A stretch of DNA of 63,366 bases, counting the filler, from Intoshia linei (lineage: Eukaryota; Animalia; Orthonectida), in the NCBI GenBank assembly GCA_001642005.1. It is 11 parts of 11 records of this genome, joined end to end, with 100 filler letters (N's around TTAATTAATTAA, not from the genome) between each part and the next. Parts side by side here need not be neighbours in the genome. Positions count along the whole stretch, not along the records: positions 23,415 to 24,676 come from LWCA01002725.1; positions 24,777 to 26,818 come from LWCA01002436.1; positions 26,919 to 29,377 come from LWCA01002366.1; positions 29,478 to 38,969 come from LWCA01001359.1; 7 more parts are not named here. One strand, given 5' to 3'. The notes beneath the pieces were generated by a model. The model saw only the letters and a list, made by a program, of their open reading frames with translations, made no database searches and was not told the origin of the DNA. Below, in pieces: positions 23,415-36,228 of this stretch; within the stretch, counting starts at the first letter, position 1, and each line of letters opens with the position of its first letter. Both the position numbers and the translations under genes were made by a program.

Positions 23415-24676
23415 TGTAAATTTATAAAATTACTATTTATTAATTATATAATAAAATTCTATAAACAAAATGATTTGAATAAAAAACCAAAATTTTAATT
23501 TTTCTGTTTTAGAATTAATTGCACCTCATACATATGACTTACATGATAAAGATTATAAATACGGTCAAGTTGGTGTTATATCAGTAACAAAAAGCCGATA
23601 TGGCATCCATTATTACAAATACCTCTATTCGAAAAATAAATTCAATTCTAAAACTGTCCAACAATGAATCAAATATACCAAGTAAAACTGCACTATTTTA
23701 TAATATAAACAAAATTTTAAAAACCATTAAATAAACTTTAATAAATGATGTATCTTTGTTTAACCAGAACTAGTGTTTACATTTTGACGGCAAAAGAATA
23801 ATTAGATATGACGGCCATAAAACTGAAAAACTGGCTGTTTGTATTTCTGGAGAAAATTATTCAATACTTATTGCTTTACGGACCTTAAATAATAGTAAGG
23901 GTCTTACAATATACCAATAAATTCTAAATGTCTAAATGAGTTATTTAATATTAATGATAAAATATTAATGGTGATTTGCGACACAAGAAGCTCCATCACC
24001 GGTATTCATCACGGTGTAATAACTTATTTTAAATAGATTTGGCCAGAGTTTACATACGAAGGTTGTCGGTTTCATATATTAGACCTTATACTTAAACATG
24101 TTTTTTATACTGTTTTTTAAATTAATACAAATTCGCCCAATATTCCATTTTCGTTTGTAACTAAACTTAAAGAAAATTTTGTTATTATAAAATCTAAATA
24201 TATTGGAGAAATTAATATAGAACACAATGCTAATTTACAGGGAAATTGGCGTAATGACTACAAAAAATTATCTGAGCTAATAGACGCTTATAAAACTAAT
24301 AAAATACCAAAAAAATCCAATTATCAAATTTAAAAAGCCGAGTGCATTTCTAATTCTCGTTGGAATGCAAAAGCNTATCAAATTTAAAAAGCCGAGTGCA
24401 TTTCTAATTCTCGTTGGAATGCAAAAGCATTATATGCATTGAAATCATACATTTTACATGTGGATAGAGCACCAGAAATGAAACAAATTTGTCATTTTAT
24501 AGCAAATGTTTGGTCTAAATGTGGGTTTACTTGCAGATTCTAAACATTTCCAGAATGGGATTTTTTAGAAGCAAAATTGCTATTTTTTATTATTATATAT
24601 TTATTATTGTTATATATATTATTGTATAAAAAAATTTAACAATTATAATTAAAATATTTAAAATGAATTTTTATCT
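23415..24676 (+). mobile_element. hATm-type transposase remnant
   Basis: LHFDGKRI, EKLAVCISG, CDTRSSITGIHHGV, YEGCRFHILD, WRNDY, PSAFSNSRWNAKALYALK with stops. Closely similar in part to 13209-13496. Confidence 0.8.
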
Positions 24677-24776
24677 NNNNNNNNNNNNNNNNNNNNNNNN
24701 NNNNNNNNNNNNNNNNNNNNTTAATTAATTAANNNNNNNNNNNNNNNNNNNNNNNNNNNNNNNNNNNNNNNNNNNN

Positions 24777-25166
24777 CCTGAAGAAAATGAACGAAAAAAG
24801 GCACTGGGGCTAGCAATTGCTTTCATATCAATTGGTTCTCTGTTTGCACCACCTTTCGGAGGCATTTTATTCGAATTTGCCGGAAAAGCACTTAATTTTA
24901 TTCTGTTGGCCATGTTGGCTTTATTTGACGGAAGTTTATTGATTATAGTCATGATACCTGTTCACGATAAGCGAAAAATCATGCAAATATCTGACGATCT
25001 ACCGAAAGCAACTCCGATTTATCATTTAATTCTTGATTCGTACATTGCAATGTGTGCCAAAGCCTTAGTAATAGCAAATATCAGTTTGGCATTTCTTGAA
25101 TCAACAATTGCAATTTGGTTGCAAAAAACGATAAAAACTTTTGTTCAACATAAACACCTCACATAA
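24777..25166 (+). pseudogene. SLC18A3: Vesicular acetylcholine transporter (SLC18A3/VAChT) internal fragment, truncated
   Basis: PEENERKKALGLAIAFISIGSLFAPPFGGILFEFAGK...TPIYHLILDSYIA...LAFLESTIAIW matches the central part of VAChT. Conserved DPY and LEP are changed to DSY and LES, and the frame stops at 25166, well before the normal end. Confidence 0.8.
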
Positions 25167-25621
25167 TAAACATTTTTTATGTGAACATAATTTTTAACAT
25201 TTATAATAGTGATTTCCAATTTGTACGTATTTACTCACGAGTGGGTAATTTAATATTTTTCATGAGATATCGTGAATTATGTTCTAAAAAATTTTTTTTT
25301 ATTTTTTTTGCGTCGCATGCACACTGTGCATTGCACAGTAACGTTCAAAATATAAATTTTCCCATTGAATCTTTCAGGGTTAAAAACCCAATTTCCCTTT
25401 ATTTTAAATAAAATCAGCCCTATAAAATTAAGAAACTTTATTTATTATTTTGCAAAATTAGTTTTTTAAAAATTTTAAATTATTAAAAGATTTATATGGC
25501 TTATTCTAAAAACCTGAACGTCCAATATGAAGTTAAAAAATATTGTGAGTAATATCAAAATAAGTACTATAATATAGGTAATGTAGTAAAAAATTCTGTG
25601 AAACACTGATTTATTGGTGCG

Positions 25622-26810
25622 CGTCACATAATTCTGCATTATTCGGGTTTAAAGCGGCTTGGGATTGATTGATACTCCTTTTGGTCATATACACTGCAAT
25701 TTTCACTCCATATATGGCAGTATTCGTGTTAAGTGAACCGCACTATTTGCACCGACGCAAATTTCTCTCATTCAGTGGATCTCTTCACATAATCGACGCA
25801 ATTGTGGATATAATGTTTGTGATAGACATTGTAATAAATTTNAAGTAATTGCACACCCCAAAAAAATTGCAATTCACTATTTAAAAAGATGGTTCATTCT
25901 TGATTTTATCGCAGCTATACCATTTGATTTGATATTGGTTAAATACCACACGGATGATGTAATTTAAGGGTAAATATAATAAAATATATAATATTTCGTA
26001 AACGGCGACTTTAACGGGGTTGTTAAAAACAGCACGTTTATTGAGACTAGTTCGAGTTGCACGAAAATTGGATCGATATTCCGAGTATGGAGCAGCTGTT
26101 TTATTGCTTCTTATGTCCATGTTTGCGCTTATTGCACATTGGTTAGCATGCATTTGGTACCAAATTGGAAAAATTGAGCGACCCCAATTGTCGGAACGAG
26201 AATCGGCTGGCTCGATAAACTATCTCGGCAAACTTATCAGCATTATATTAATATTACCCAGGGAGGACCTTCTCTCAGAAGAAAATACATTACCGCTTTA
26301 TACTTTACCTTTTCTAGTCTTACCAGTGTTGTTTTTGGTAATGTATCTCTAAATACAAACACTGAAAAAGTTTTCTCCATATGTGTTACGCGAATTGGAT
26401 GTATTTTTTTCAATTTATAACTAATATTATATTATTTTATTAAAACTAATTAAAATTTAGCTTTAATGCACGCCAGCGTATTTGGTAACGTTGCAGCAAT
26501 CATTCAAAGATTGTATTCTGGTTCTGCACGCTATTATTTACAAATGCTCCGACTTCGCGAATTTATAGTGATTCATCAAATAACCAACCCTTTAAAGAGA
26601 AGAATGGAAAACTACTTTCAAAATGTTTGGTCTTATACGAAGGGTGTAGATAACCATTCAGTAATATCATATTTTTTACAAAATTCAATTATAGTCAATT
26701 GTAGTCTCATTAAAATTTAGATTATAAATATTTTCCCAAAGTTGATATATCAACTCATTTAAACAGAAATTTGTTCAATAGTTTCAACGTTTTTGCTAGT
26801 AAGTATTCAG
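25622..26810 (+). pseudogene. ERG (KCNH2/6/7-type) potassium channel, decayed S1 to C-linker fragment with introns
   Basis: [84 protein letters not shown]. Premature TGA at ~25667, frameshifts (~25648, ~26195) and filter SVGFG changed to SVVFG. Confidence 0.9.
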
Positions 26811-26918
26811 TGTACATTNNNNNNNNNNNNNNNNNNNNNNNNNNNNNNNNNNNNNNNNNNNNTTAATTAATTAANNNNNNNNNNNNNNNNNNNNNNNNNN
26901 NNNNNNNNNNNNNNNNNN

Positions 26919-29178
26919 ATATTGAAGAACATAAAACACACTTGGAAGAGGTGTTCAAAAGATTGAAAATTGTTAATCTCACGATAAAACCAGAAGAATC
27001 CAACATTACCGCAAAAGAATTAAAATTTCTCGGAAATATTATATCCGCGGCAAGAATACAGATAGACCCTGATAAAACTATAGCTATAAAGAATTTAAGT
27101 ATTCCTAAAACTGTTAAACAGCTAAGAAGATTTATGGGTGCCTGCAACTATCATCGAGGATTCATAAAGGAATACTCTAAAGATGAAACGATCTTGACTG
27201 AACTTCTTAAGAAAAACGTAAAGTATATATGGAACTCAGAAAGAGATTTAGCCTTTCATAATTTAAAAAACAAATTAATGTAAGCACCAATACTTGCGTT
27301 GCCTGATACAGATAAATGTTATACACTAGAAACCGACGCCTCACAACATAGTATTGGAGCAGTCCTGAAACAGGGTGATAATTTTATTGAATATTCTAGA
27401 AAATTGCTCAACACCACGAGAAAAAGTACTCCACAGTCAATAAAGAATTATTAGCTGCAGTATGGGCTATGAAAAACTATCGTCATTACCTACTAGGAAA
27501 ACATTTTATGGTCATAACAGACCACCAACCTTTGATCAATATATTCAAATAAAATAACTTAACCGACAAACAATTCAGGTGGATAGAACAAACTCAAGAA
27601 TTCGACGATACCATATCATACATANACGATCTTGACTGAACTTCTAAAGAAAAACGTAAAGTATATATGGAACTCAGAAACAGATTTAGCCTTTAATAAT
27701 TCAAAGAACAAATTAATGTCAGCACCAATCCTTGGTTTGCCTGATACGGATAAATTTTATACACTATATTCAAATCAAATAACTTAACCGACAAACAATT
27801 CAGGTGGATAGAACAAACTCAAGAATTCGACTTTACCATATCATACATACCGGGCGAAACTAATGTAATGGCCGATATCCTCTCTAGAGATGTAGAAAAT
27901 ATAGACAAAATCAATGCAATGAAAGTTCATAATTATGATAACTTTGATATCAGAGAACAACAAAAATCTAACGTTTCATGTCAACAATTATATCACTCAT
28001 TAAAACATAACAAAAAATTACCCTCTAAGTACAAATATTCTTTAAAGCACTATACAATAATTGAAAACACTTTAATCTTTAATCAAAATAACATAAAAAG
28101 GAAACTAGTACCTGATCTACTTATATTAACAATGTTAAACTATTTTCACAATTCAAAACTAAACGTGCACCCAGGAATTACTGCTACCTATCAAAATATT
28201 TCAAAGTACTATTTTTGGCCCAATATTTACAGGGATGTTCATAATTACGTATCCAAATTTCACAAATGTAACATATCCAAAACCGGCAAGCGTCGTCATA
28301 CTTCGAAACTTAAGAAAATAAAAACCAACGAATTTGGTGAATTGTGGTTATTGGACCTACTTGGTCTGCTCCCTGAAACATCCGAACAGTACAAGTACAT
28401 TTTAACTATGATAGACCACTTCACTGGGTGGCCAGAAGCAGTCCCACTGAGGGATATTACAACTTATTCGGTTGCCAGGGAAATTGTGGATAGAGTCATT
28501 GTACAACACGGAATACCAGCAGCCATTCACACTGATAATGGAACACAGTTTGTGTCCTTAGTTAAAGAAATATGCAATTTATGTGGAATAAAACAGTCGA
28601 CATGCTCGGCGTATGATCACAAAAGTACTGGTTTAATAGAGCGTCTCCGCATTACCACTAACCCAAAATTTAATGACTGGGACACACAATTACCGTTTAT
28701 CTTAATTTGAGGTTAATATTAATACTTTGAGGAAAACTAAATCCTCTAAAACTGGAAAATCTCCATACAATATTATACATGGAAATATCATGAAAGATAA
28801 TAACCATAATCTTAACCCAATAAAACTTGGTATTCTAATGTCTGATGCAAAGAAACATGCCTATAAGCATCATTACAGAGTTAAAAATAATTATGATAAA
28901 AAGGTTCCAATTTACAAATTATATCACACTACTAATTGCAAAATTAATCATCCTATATTATCAAAAAAGCAACCTCAATACGTACTCAAAGAACCTCGTC
29001 CTTGTAAACCTCCAAATTACTTAAATGACTATGTTCTGAATTAACTCCCATTCTTGGAGGGGGACAAGTAACATAGTTACACTAATAAACTTCAATCTCC
29101 ATACACACAATATATTATTAACTAAATATTAAGAACAAAATTTCATTAAATACTCAATATATTTGGCGTTATATTACT
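26919..29178 (+). mobile_element. Ty3/gypsy LTR retrotransposon, 3' part (RT end, RNase H, integrase, PPT, 3' LTR), disrupted
   Basis: [71 protein letters not shown] ggagggggaca (~29056-29066), then candidate LTR AGTAACATA...TATATTACT at 29067-29178. Confidence 0.93.
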
Positions 29179-29189
29179 TAAAATATAAT

Positions 29190-29377
29190 AAATAAATGAT
29201 TGCTTTTTATGAAATAGCTCATATTATTGCAAAAACAGGAAATGCCCACACCATTGCAGAAAATTTCATAAAACCTGTTTTATCGAGCGTTATCTCTACA
29301 GTTATGCATCAAAATTCTTCAATTATTTTAGCACGTTTACCTCTTAGCAACGATTCAATTAGAAGACGAATTGATGA
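29190..29377 (+). mobile_element. hAT (Buster-type) transposase fragment
   Basis: YEIAHIIAKTGNAHTIAENFIKP...LPLSNDSIRRRID. Confidence 0.88.
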
Positions 29378-29477
29378 NNNNNNNNNNNNNNNNNNNNNNN
29401 NNNNNNNNNNNNNNNNNNNNNTTAATTAATTAANNNNNNNNNNNNNNNNNNNNNNNNNNNNNNNNNNNNNNNNNNNN

Positions 29478-30174
29478 TTAAACATAGACTATGTTAAGGA
29501 TGTAATAAAAAAAAAATTTGAGAGATGATTACAAAGAATGTTAGCAATAATTTTTGGTGGTAAAATATCCTTAAAAAAACCTGGAGCATCGTCAAAGGCC
29601 AGATAGATGTCTCTCATAATTTATTGTGCTAAATCGTTTATATTGGATATCAATAAAAACCACGAAACAGAATGTTTCCTAATATGGGTGTTTTATGGAT
29701 ATTTACCATTTTGGCTAAGGGCATCTGATACACAGCAAGCTAGGATCAATGATATGGCCATGGTCATTTTTTAAGCATCAATGTCAACAATTAACCCCAT
29801 TTTCAAAAGAATAATTAATTGCGCGAAATTAAAATTCATGAACCACAAAGAATAGTTTACAAATGATGTTATTAATGTCAAAAATGCTTCTTCTGTTAAT
29901 GACCCAGCGGAGAGAGCAGTAATGAAATTCAAGAAAGCCATTATCATATATGATATAGAAGACGAACGAAAAAAAATAGTATCAATAATAATGATTTATA
30001 ATATTGTAAATGTATAATAAAGTTATTTCTTGAAAATTTTCCGAAATTTTTAATGTCTTCCTGCGGACTCAATCCTTAATTATATATATTAAAATTAAGC
30101 CATTCTTAATAATTTATTGATGTGAACCGAATTAGCCCTGAGCGGCAAACAAAATGTAAAATGTTGACATCCTA
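29478..30174 (+). mobile_element. hATm-type transposase 3' remnant with terminus
   Basis: RDDYKE, KKPGASSKAR*MSLIIYCAK, SVNDPAERAV; terminus ...gttgacatccta. Confidence 0.78.
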
Positions 30175-31293
30175 GTGTACACAATATTGTAATCGCATTA
30201 TATATTTTCAATGATATTCATAAATTTAAGTTTGTCAAGATTGTTTAGTCAGATTTATCAATTTATTATAAATGTTATCAGACTGTTTAGCAAAATGTGT
30301 CAAAATTTACTGGGAAAGATAATAGGCTAACCCAGCGGTTTTCAAATGAAGGTACTTGGAGTCATAGAAATTATTTTGGGTACCAGCTCGTCAGATAATA
30401 TGACTTACTTTATGATTCATAAATTCTAAATTTTTTATTTTTCCAAAATTTATTTTTTATCAAGTCATGTACTTGGTAAAAACAGCACCGAGAGCGGACT
30501 TTTTTAATTTGTTTTTAAAAATGCTACTATTCATGATTATCAATGATTTAAATTAGTTGTTCCCAAACTTTTTTTATCATGGACTGGTCATTTAACATCA
30601 TCTTTTAATTTCAAGCCAATTAACCCTGTTTAATTTTATTTTGATATCATTTTTGTAACTTATTTCAAAAAAACAATTTTGTGATTCCGTTTTTTTAATT
30701 TATTAAAGAGAATGAGTGTATAATCTTAAAAATAAAGTTAAAACAGTATAATCCTAAAAATTGTCTTAAATATAAAAAAATTAAACTGTAAATACCGGTA
30801 ATATCTTTTTGAATGTGATGATATATTCAGTATCTGCTTTCGACAAGTAAAAAATATTTTTTATCAATAACTAACGAAATCTGCACTTTAAAAACGCATT
30901 TCGGGTAAATTTTACCAACATTGTAATAAATGTAAAAATTATATAAAAATGTGATAACAAAGTTGTACTGGAGTCTCCAGTCTGGAAGTGATTTTAAAAA
31001 TTTATTTAAAAATTTAATTATTGCTGCAACATCCCTAAATATTGTAATTTAATTTTAATTTAACTAGAGCAGCAGAAATTAAAATTAATTGATTGGATGC
31101 TACCAATCAATTATTACTTTTATCAATCAATTTATTGAAATTTAAAATATTTGCAATCAATTAACAAATTGGTTAAAATTTTATAAATCAATATACATAA
31201 GTTGTAAAAAAAACCAATCCCACAAATTAGTGAGTAGTCCTCACTGAAGACTTAAAAAATGATTTTATTTTATTTAAAATTAAATAAAATTTA

Positions 31294-31904
31294 TTAGACG
31301 TTCAATGCACAGGTTTTTTGAAATTGTATGATCAATATTTACATTTTCAATTTTTATTTAAATCGAAATATTTGAAAAATATTGGTTGATAATATATTAA
31401 AAATTATTTTTCACCGGGAGTGGGTAGATTTCTGGGGTTAAAATTTTGTATTTATATCAACTGCAATAAGCTTTATCAGAATAATCTTTTTTTTTAATTT
31501 TCGGACCGTTAATTAATTCACATTTTTTGTTTTAATAAAATATTTCGGAAAAAAAATATATGAATACTAAATGCTTTTTTTGACCGTGAAGTCGTCACTT
31601 ATCAGATTAAAATTTTTTGAAATTCTAGGGTTGTTTTCATTAAATAAGAAGGATAATTTAGGGTTTTAATACTAAAGATATAAATTTTTTTAAGTTCTCC
31701 AACTCGTTGCTTTTCAAAAAAGGACAATTGGGGTTTTTAACACGTAAGATGTGAGTTTGGAAGGTTGACATTTATTTTGCTAACACCTCCAGAAAAACTA
31801 TAATTGAAATGTGGACTTTATAAAATTCTAAAACGGGTAGTTATTTAGATAAAGTTGAACACACACACAAACAAAAATCGCGTAGCATATTATATAAGTT
31901 AGGA
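31294..31904 (-). mobile_element. Non-autonomous Helitron, complete 611-bp copy
   Basis: Minus strand A|TCCTAACTTATATAATATGCTACGCG...(GT)n...CCTGTGCATTGAACGTCTAA|T: 5'-TC, 3' hairpin, CTRR, A/T target, no TSD. Related copies at ~3020-3260, 13497-13896, 16819 (stub), ~22660-22770, 38360-38886, 39290-39741 and 48640-48955. Confidence 0.8.
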
Positions 31905-32128
31905 TATCCTCTTCAGATTACTCGAAATAAACTAAATATGATTTAATCTCGTAATATCTAGTAATCATATCTGATATACTCCTCTATCTTGTTACACTTT
32001 TTTGTATGGGTGTCAAATCAGTGTACCGTCGTAATATTCCAAATAGTTTTAAATTTTTTAATTTTTCCATTAAATGATTTACCTTGACAATAATTTGAAA
32101 ATAATTTACCAAAAAATTATTTAGTGTG

Positions 32129-32960
32129 AGGTAGGAATTGTAATTTCCCGGGAAAAATAAAAAATTTTTATTTATATATAATATAGAAGCATTAAAAATT
32201 TTAGAGACCTTAATTAATTTTACAAACAAAAAAAAATTTAATTAATGAAATAACACAAATCTAGATTGAGATTTACAAATTTAATTAGAAAAAAATGTAT
32301 TTATTTTAGATTGTTGAAAAAGTGTTTCAAAACAAACATAATATTGATAGATTCGTGTTTTAAACGCGTTCTACGTTTTGTAACGAAATTAGAAGCAGTA
32401 GAGAAATTTCTTTCATTTTGTGTTGACGTAGGTTGAGTCATAAGGGCTTCCTTTAATTTTACCAATCTTGATGATAGCGTTCCTATTCATAACAACCCAT
32501 AATATTTTTCAAAATAATATTGAAAAAAGAGGATAATTCCCTTAAGCGTTAGTAATTTGTGATTAGAATAAGAGGTTTTTACAAAAAAATATTGGAAAAA
32601 AGATATTTTTCCATTAAAGGTTGGAAAATTAAATTTTTTATTTGTGGTTTGATGGAGTGAATTTTTTCATAAGATTTCGTAAAATCGGATTTTTGAAAAG
32701 AATATCGGTGTAAATCAATTTTTGCATGAGAGCTTGAAATGGTATTTTTGATTAAATTTCATTAGTGGTGGGATTTTTCAAATGGTAAATTTTAAATATT
32801 ATAATATTATAATATAATCATATTTTCATAGTAACAAAAAACATAAATCAAATACAGGTATGTTTCAATTTTTTTCGAAAAATCCCGGTAAATTTAATTC
32901 TCGGAAATTATTAAAAATCCCGGGAATTTTTTCCCGGTTTTTCCTCCGGCACAAACACTA
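32129..32960 (-). mobile_element. Deleted hAT element (C-terminal dimerisation remnant, CCCGGG subterminal repeats)
   Basis: Minus 32450-32310 reads MTQPTSTQNERNFSTASNFVTKRRTRLKHE; clusters of ttcccggg near both ends. Confidence 0.65.
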
Positions 32961-33660
32961 CTGTAAGGTAATGGTAATCCACATAATTTACTAAGAGCCT
33001 CAATAGTTTCGCAATTATCACCAATTAGAGCTACAACATTATCCATACTTTTGCTGTAAATACTCTCCAAAGTGTACACAATGAAATCATAACGATTCCG
33101 AGCAGTAAGTCTTACCTCATCACAAAGTGGTGAGAAGGTTAATAACATGGTAGAATAACCATTCTCATTTGTGCCGAAATAACTAGTGAACAAAGCCACA
33201 AAATGAGTACTTGCTTTTGACCAACCGTCCAATAACAAAGAAAAACTTTCAGGAATAAGTTGTGTGATGCGAGCTTATTCTTTTTGTTACGAGTTCCATA
33301 TATTTTTTTAAGGTTTTCACGCATATTGGGCGTCATATGGTATTTTTTTTCGTGTGAGTTAATTCTCAACAAACGAAAACGGTTTCATTTCAATACACAC
33401 CCATTCTCGCCAAAATATGTTCTCAGCTTTTGTAGAACTTCCTTTATTATTTTCTAAGAAATTAATATAATATATAATTGAATTATTGCTGTCGATTTTG
33501 TCCCAATTTGGATGTTGACTTTTAATGTGATTAAATAAATTGGACCATCCTGTACTTTCTTTTGTATCAATATTTTGCTAAATTTGCATATCCAAGTATT
33601 ATTTGTACCAAATCTTTAAAATGCTCCAAAACCATACTTTTTATTTTAATTCTCATGTTA
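32961..33660 (-). mobile_element. hAT transposase remnant (different subfamily)
   Basis: GWSNLFNHIKSQHP (BED-like), LLDGWS..STHFVALF, LLTFSPL, VVALIGDNCET; multiple frameshifts. Confidence 0.75.
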
Positions 33661-34844
33661 TCGTAATATCGGTTGATTATATTTGATTTAAATTTTATCA
33701 TAAAGTTTTGTTTCAATTGAAATAATTGCAAGTACAGTCATTTCTCAATTTTAAATCCATTAAATTTAACAATATCTCGAATACAAGTGTATTCTACTAG
33801 CTATTAGATTAAACTTAAAACTATAAAACTTCATATTAGTATTTAAAATTAATATTTATATAGAATTTTGATTTGATTAAAGTTTTTTTATTAATTTCTT
33901 TTATCTAATTATAATTTAAAAAAATTTTATATAGGGTCTACTTCTAGATTTTCAAGCACCTGCTTGTATGTATATCTGCTTTTAAACTGAAAATTTTTAA
34001 AAATAGTGTTAATAAGTAATGTAACTCATGTACCATGTACATCAGAGGTCGACAACTACTTAGTTAGGCTGACCATATTTTTGTTGTACTACAAGTATTA
34101 CTTTTATTGCTAATAAACAATCGTCAAACGTCGTTCCTCGTCAGGTTTGGATAATCCAGCTAATGATAATGATAATTTTGATAACTAACAATCACTATAT
34201 TTAAATTTGCGTTAGGATGAATGCTTTCCATAATTTCTTAAGACTTGTCCTTCACATTTACAAGTATAGAGGAAAATTTACTCTCCGACGACTTAAAAAC
34301 CATATAAATATTTTTTCCATTTAAGTGATTTAGTGTTGGTTAAATTATTGTTACCTGTCTCCGTTTTACATAAGATTCTAACACGGTTTCGATAAATTAA
34401 TATTATATTTTTTCTTGGTCGGATATGGTCATCAGATACCTATTGATATGTTTTGCCATTATCAATATCGAATATAATTTTTATTTTAGAAAATAAATTA
34501 ATTGGTATTCTTCGTTTTATAAACTAATAACAAATCAAAATAAGCAGACGTTGAACGATATTTAAATTTAGTTTACTTTAATTTGGCGCAATTATTTCAC
34601 TCAGCAACAATTTAAAAATTGATATTTTATTGCTGTAATTATTAACGAGAAACTACAGTACAATTAATTAATTCCAATCCCTGTAGAGTAGTATTACACA
34701 TTCCCAGTAAATGCATTAAAATCCATTCAAATTCAACAAAGTACATAATTATATTGCTAACCATTGAAAATGTATAAAATTTTACAATAAAGTTTTTAAT
34801 GTGTAAAAATGGCTCTGTAAAATTGTATCTAAAATTTAGACTAA

Positions 34845-36228
34845 ATGGATGAATGTCAACTATCAAATGATATTTTGTGTCAAATTGTAAAAAAATATAT
34901 ATTTGGAAATCCATTCTCGACGTTTCCACCCATAAATAAATCATGGTTGAAAGCATTCAAAAGTAATTATAATTATATACATTTTTGAAAATATAACTAA
35001 ATTAAACAGAAATTACAAAACTCATTTCCTTAAAAACGCTGCAACATTTGGGTATTTTAAGCAGTTTTAAATGTAAAGACATATATTTTCACAATTCTCT
35101 ATTACAATTCTGCACTACCCCAATCTGTTTGAGATACTTGGAAAGCCTTTTATTAGATAAAAACAACATTTACGTATTTGGGGGAAAACCTCCTTCATTA
35201 GACTATACCTCATACAACGATTTTTATGTTTTTAGCCTAGAAACAAAAAAAACGAAAAGAATTATGAATGTAAAGGGTATTCCACCATCACCACGCAGAG
35301 GTGCTTTAATGTTAAAAAATAAAGATGAAATTATATTTTATGGTGGATCTCTTGCAAAAGCAACCATTAATTGCAACGTTTCAATTTTTATTTTTATTTG
35401 TTTTTATAGTTTTAATAGATGATGCTTTTTCAAAATGACTTGTATTCTTTTAATTTAAAATCTTATACATGGTCTCAAATTCATCATAATCAACAAATTC
35501 TATTATTGAATCCTTCTGGAACTATTATCAACGATTACCTTATTCTTTATGGATTGTAATTTACGTTTTTATTGTTTTCATAATTTACAATATATTTTTT
35601 GTTGTTCAATTTAGATCAACACTTACAAAATCCTTTCAAATATCAATGTTTAGCTTATCTTTACGAAAGTGGAAATGTATACATGTACCCACGTGTAAGG
35701 ATATTGAAGATTTCTTTTTCTATAATCATGATTGGTTGGCATTTAACAAAACGCACCATTTTAATACGCCCATGGTATTTTATTATTATTTTAGTTAAAT
35801 TTCTTTTTATCACCCCTCTTCCTATAAAATCCTACTCTATTCTAAAACATATTTAGATTGAATTAGACAATGATTATACTTTATTAATTATGGACAGATC
35901 ATCATTATTGGTTATATGTATAATTACCTTTTAATACTATTTATTTTAGAAAAATGGTGCTTTCTTGATTCCACATAAACATATTGATTATATGTTTAAT
36001 AATCAAATCGATAACATTTTAGATTATTTTATACGCATAACTGTCGATAATTCGGTTATGGAGTGGCCACACTTGGAATATTATACAAATCCAAATACTT
36101 GTCAAACTAGTAAAGATGTAAAACAAATTTCTTTGTCACAAGTAGTGAAGGTATTTACCATATTAAATATTTTATTATCAAAAAACTATTTAATTGGTAC
36201 TGAATATATATTATCATATTTAAAATGA
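34845..36228 (+). CDS. F-box/kelch-repeat protein, FBXO42-like, multi-exon (3' end uncertain)
   Basis: Exon 1 [18 protein letters not shown]...INKSWLKAF is F-box-like. Exon 2 IYVFGG...[10 protein letters not shown]...[10 protein letters not shown]...IIFYGG and exon 3 [18 protein letters not shown]...LILYG are kelch repeats. Short GT-AG introns. Confidence 0.7.

Noticed and set aside
25667-25669. TGA at a conserved Trp in ERG (and TAA at Gln in the viral fragment) as a sign of an alternative genetic code
   Set aside because: Intact genes (AQR, GPCR, Rab) use TGG and CAA and end in standard stops. These stops occur only in sequences with other lesions.
33930-34470. Possible small multi-exon gene on minus, head-to-head with the F-box gene
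   Set aside because: Exon-like pieces exist (e.g. YTYKQVLENLEVDPI*), but I could not build a consistent spliced frame or recognise a family.
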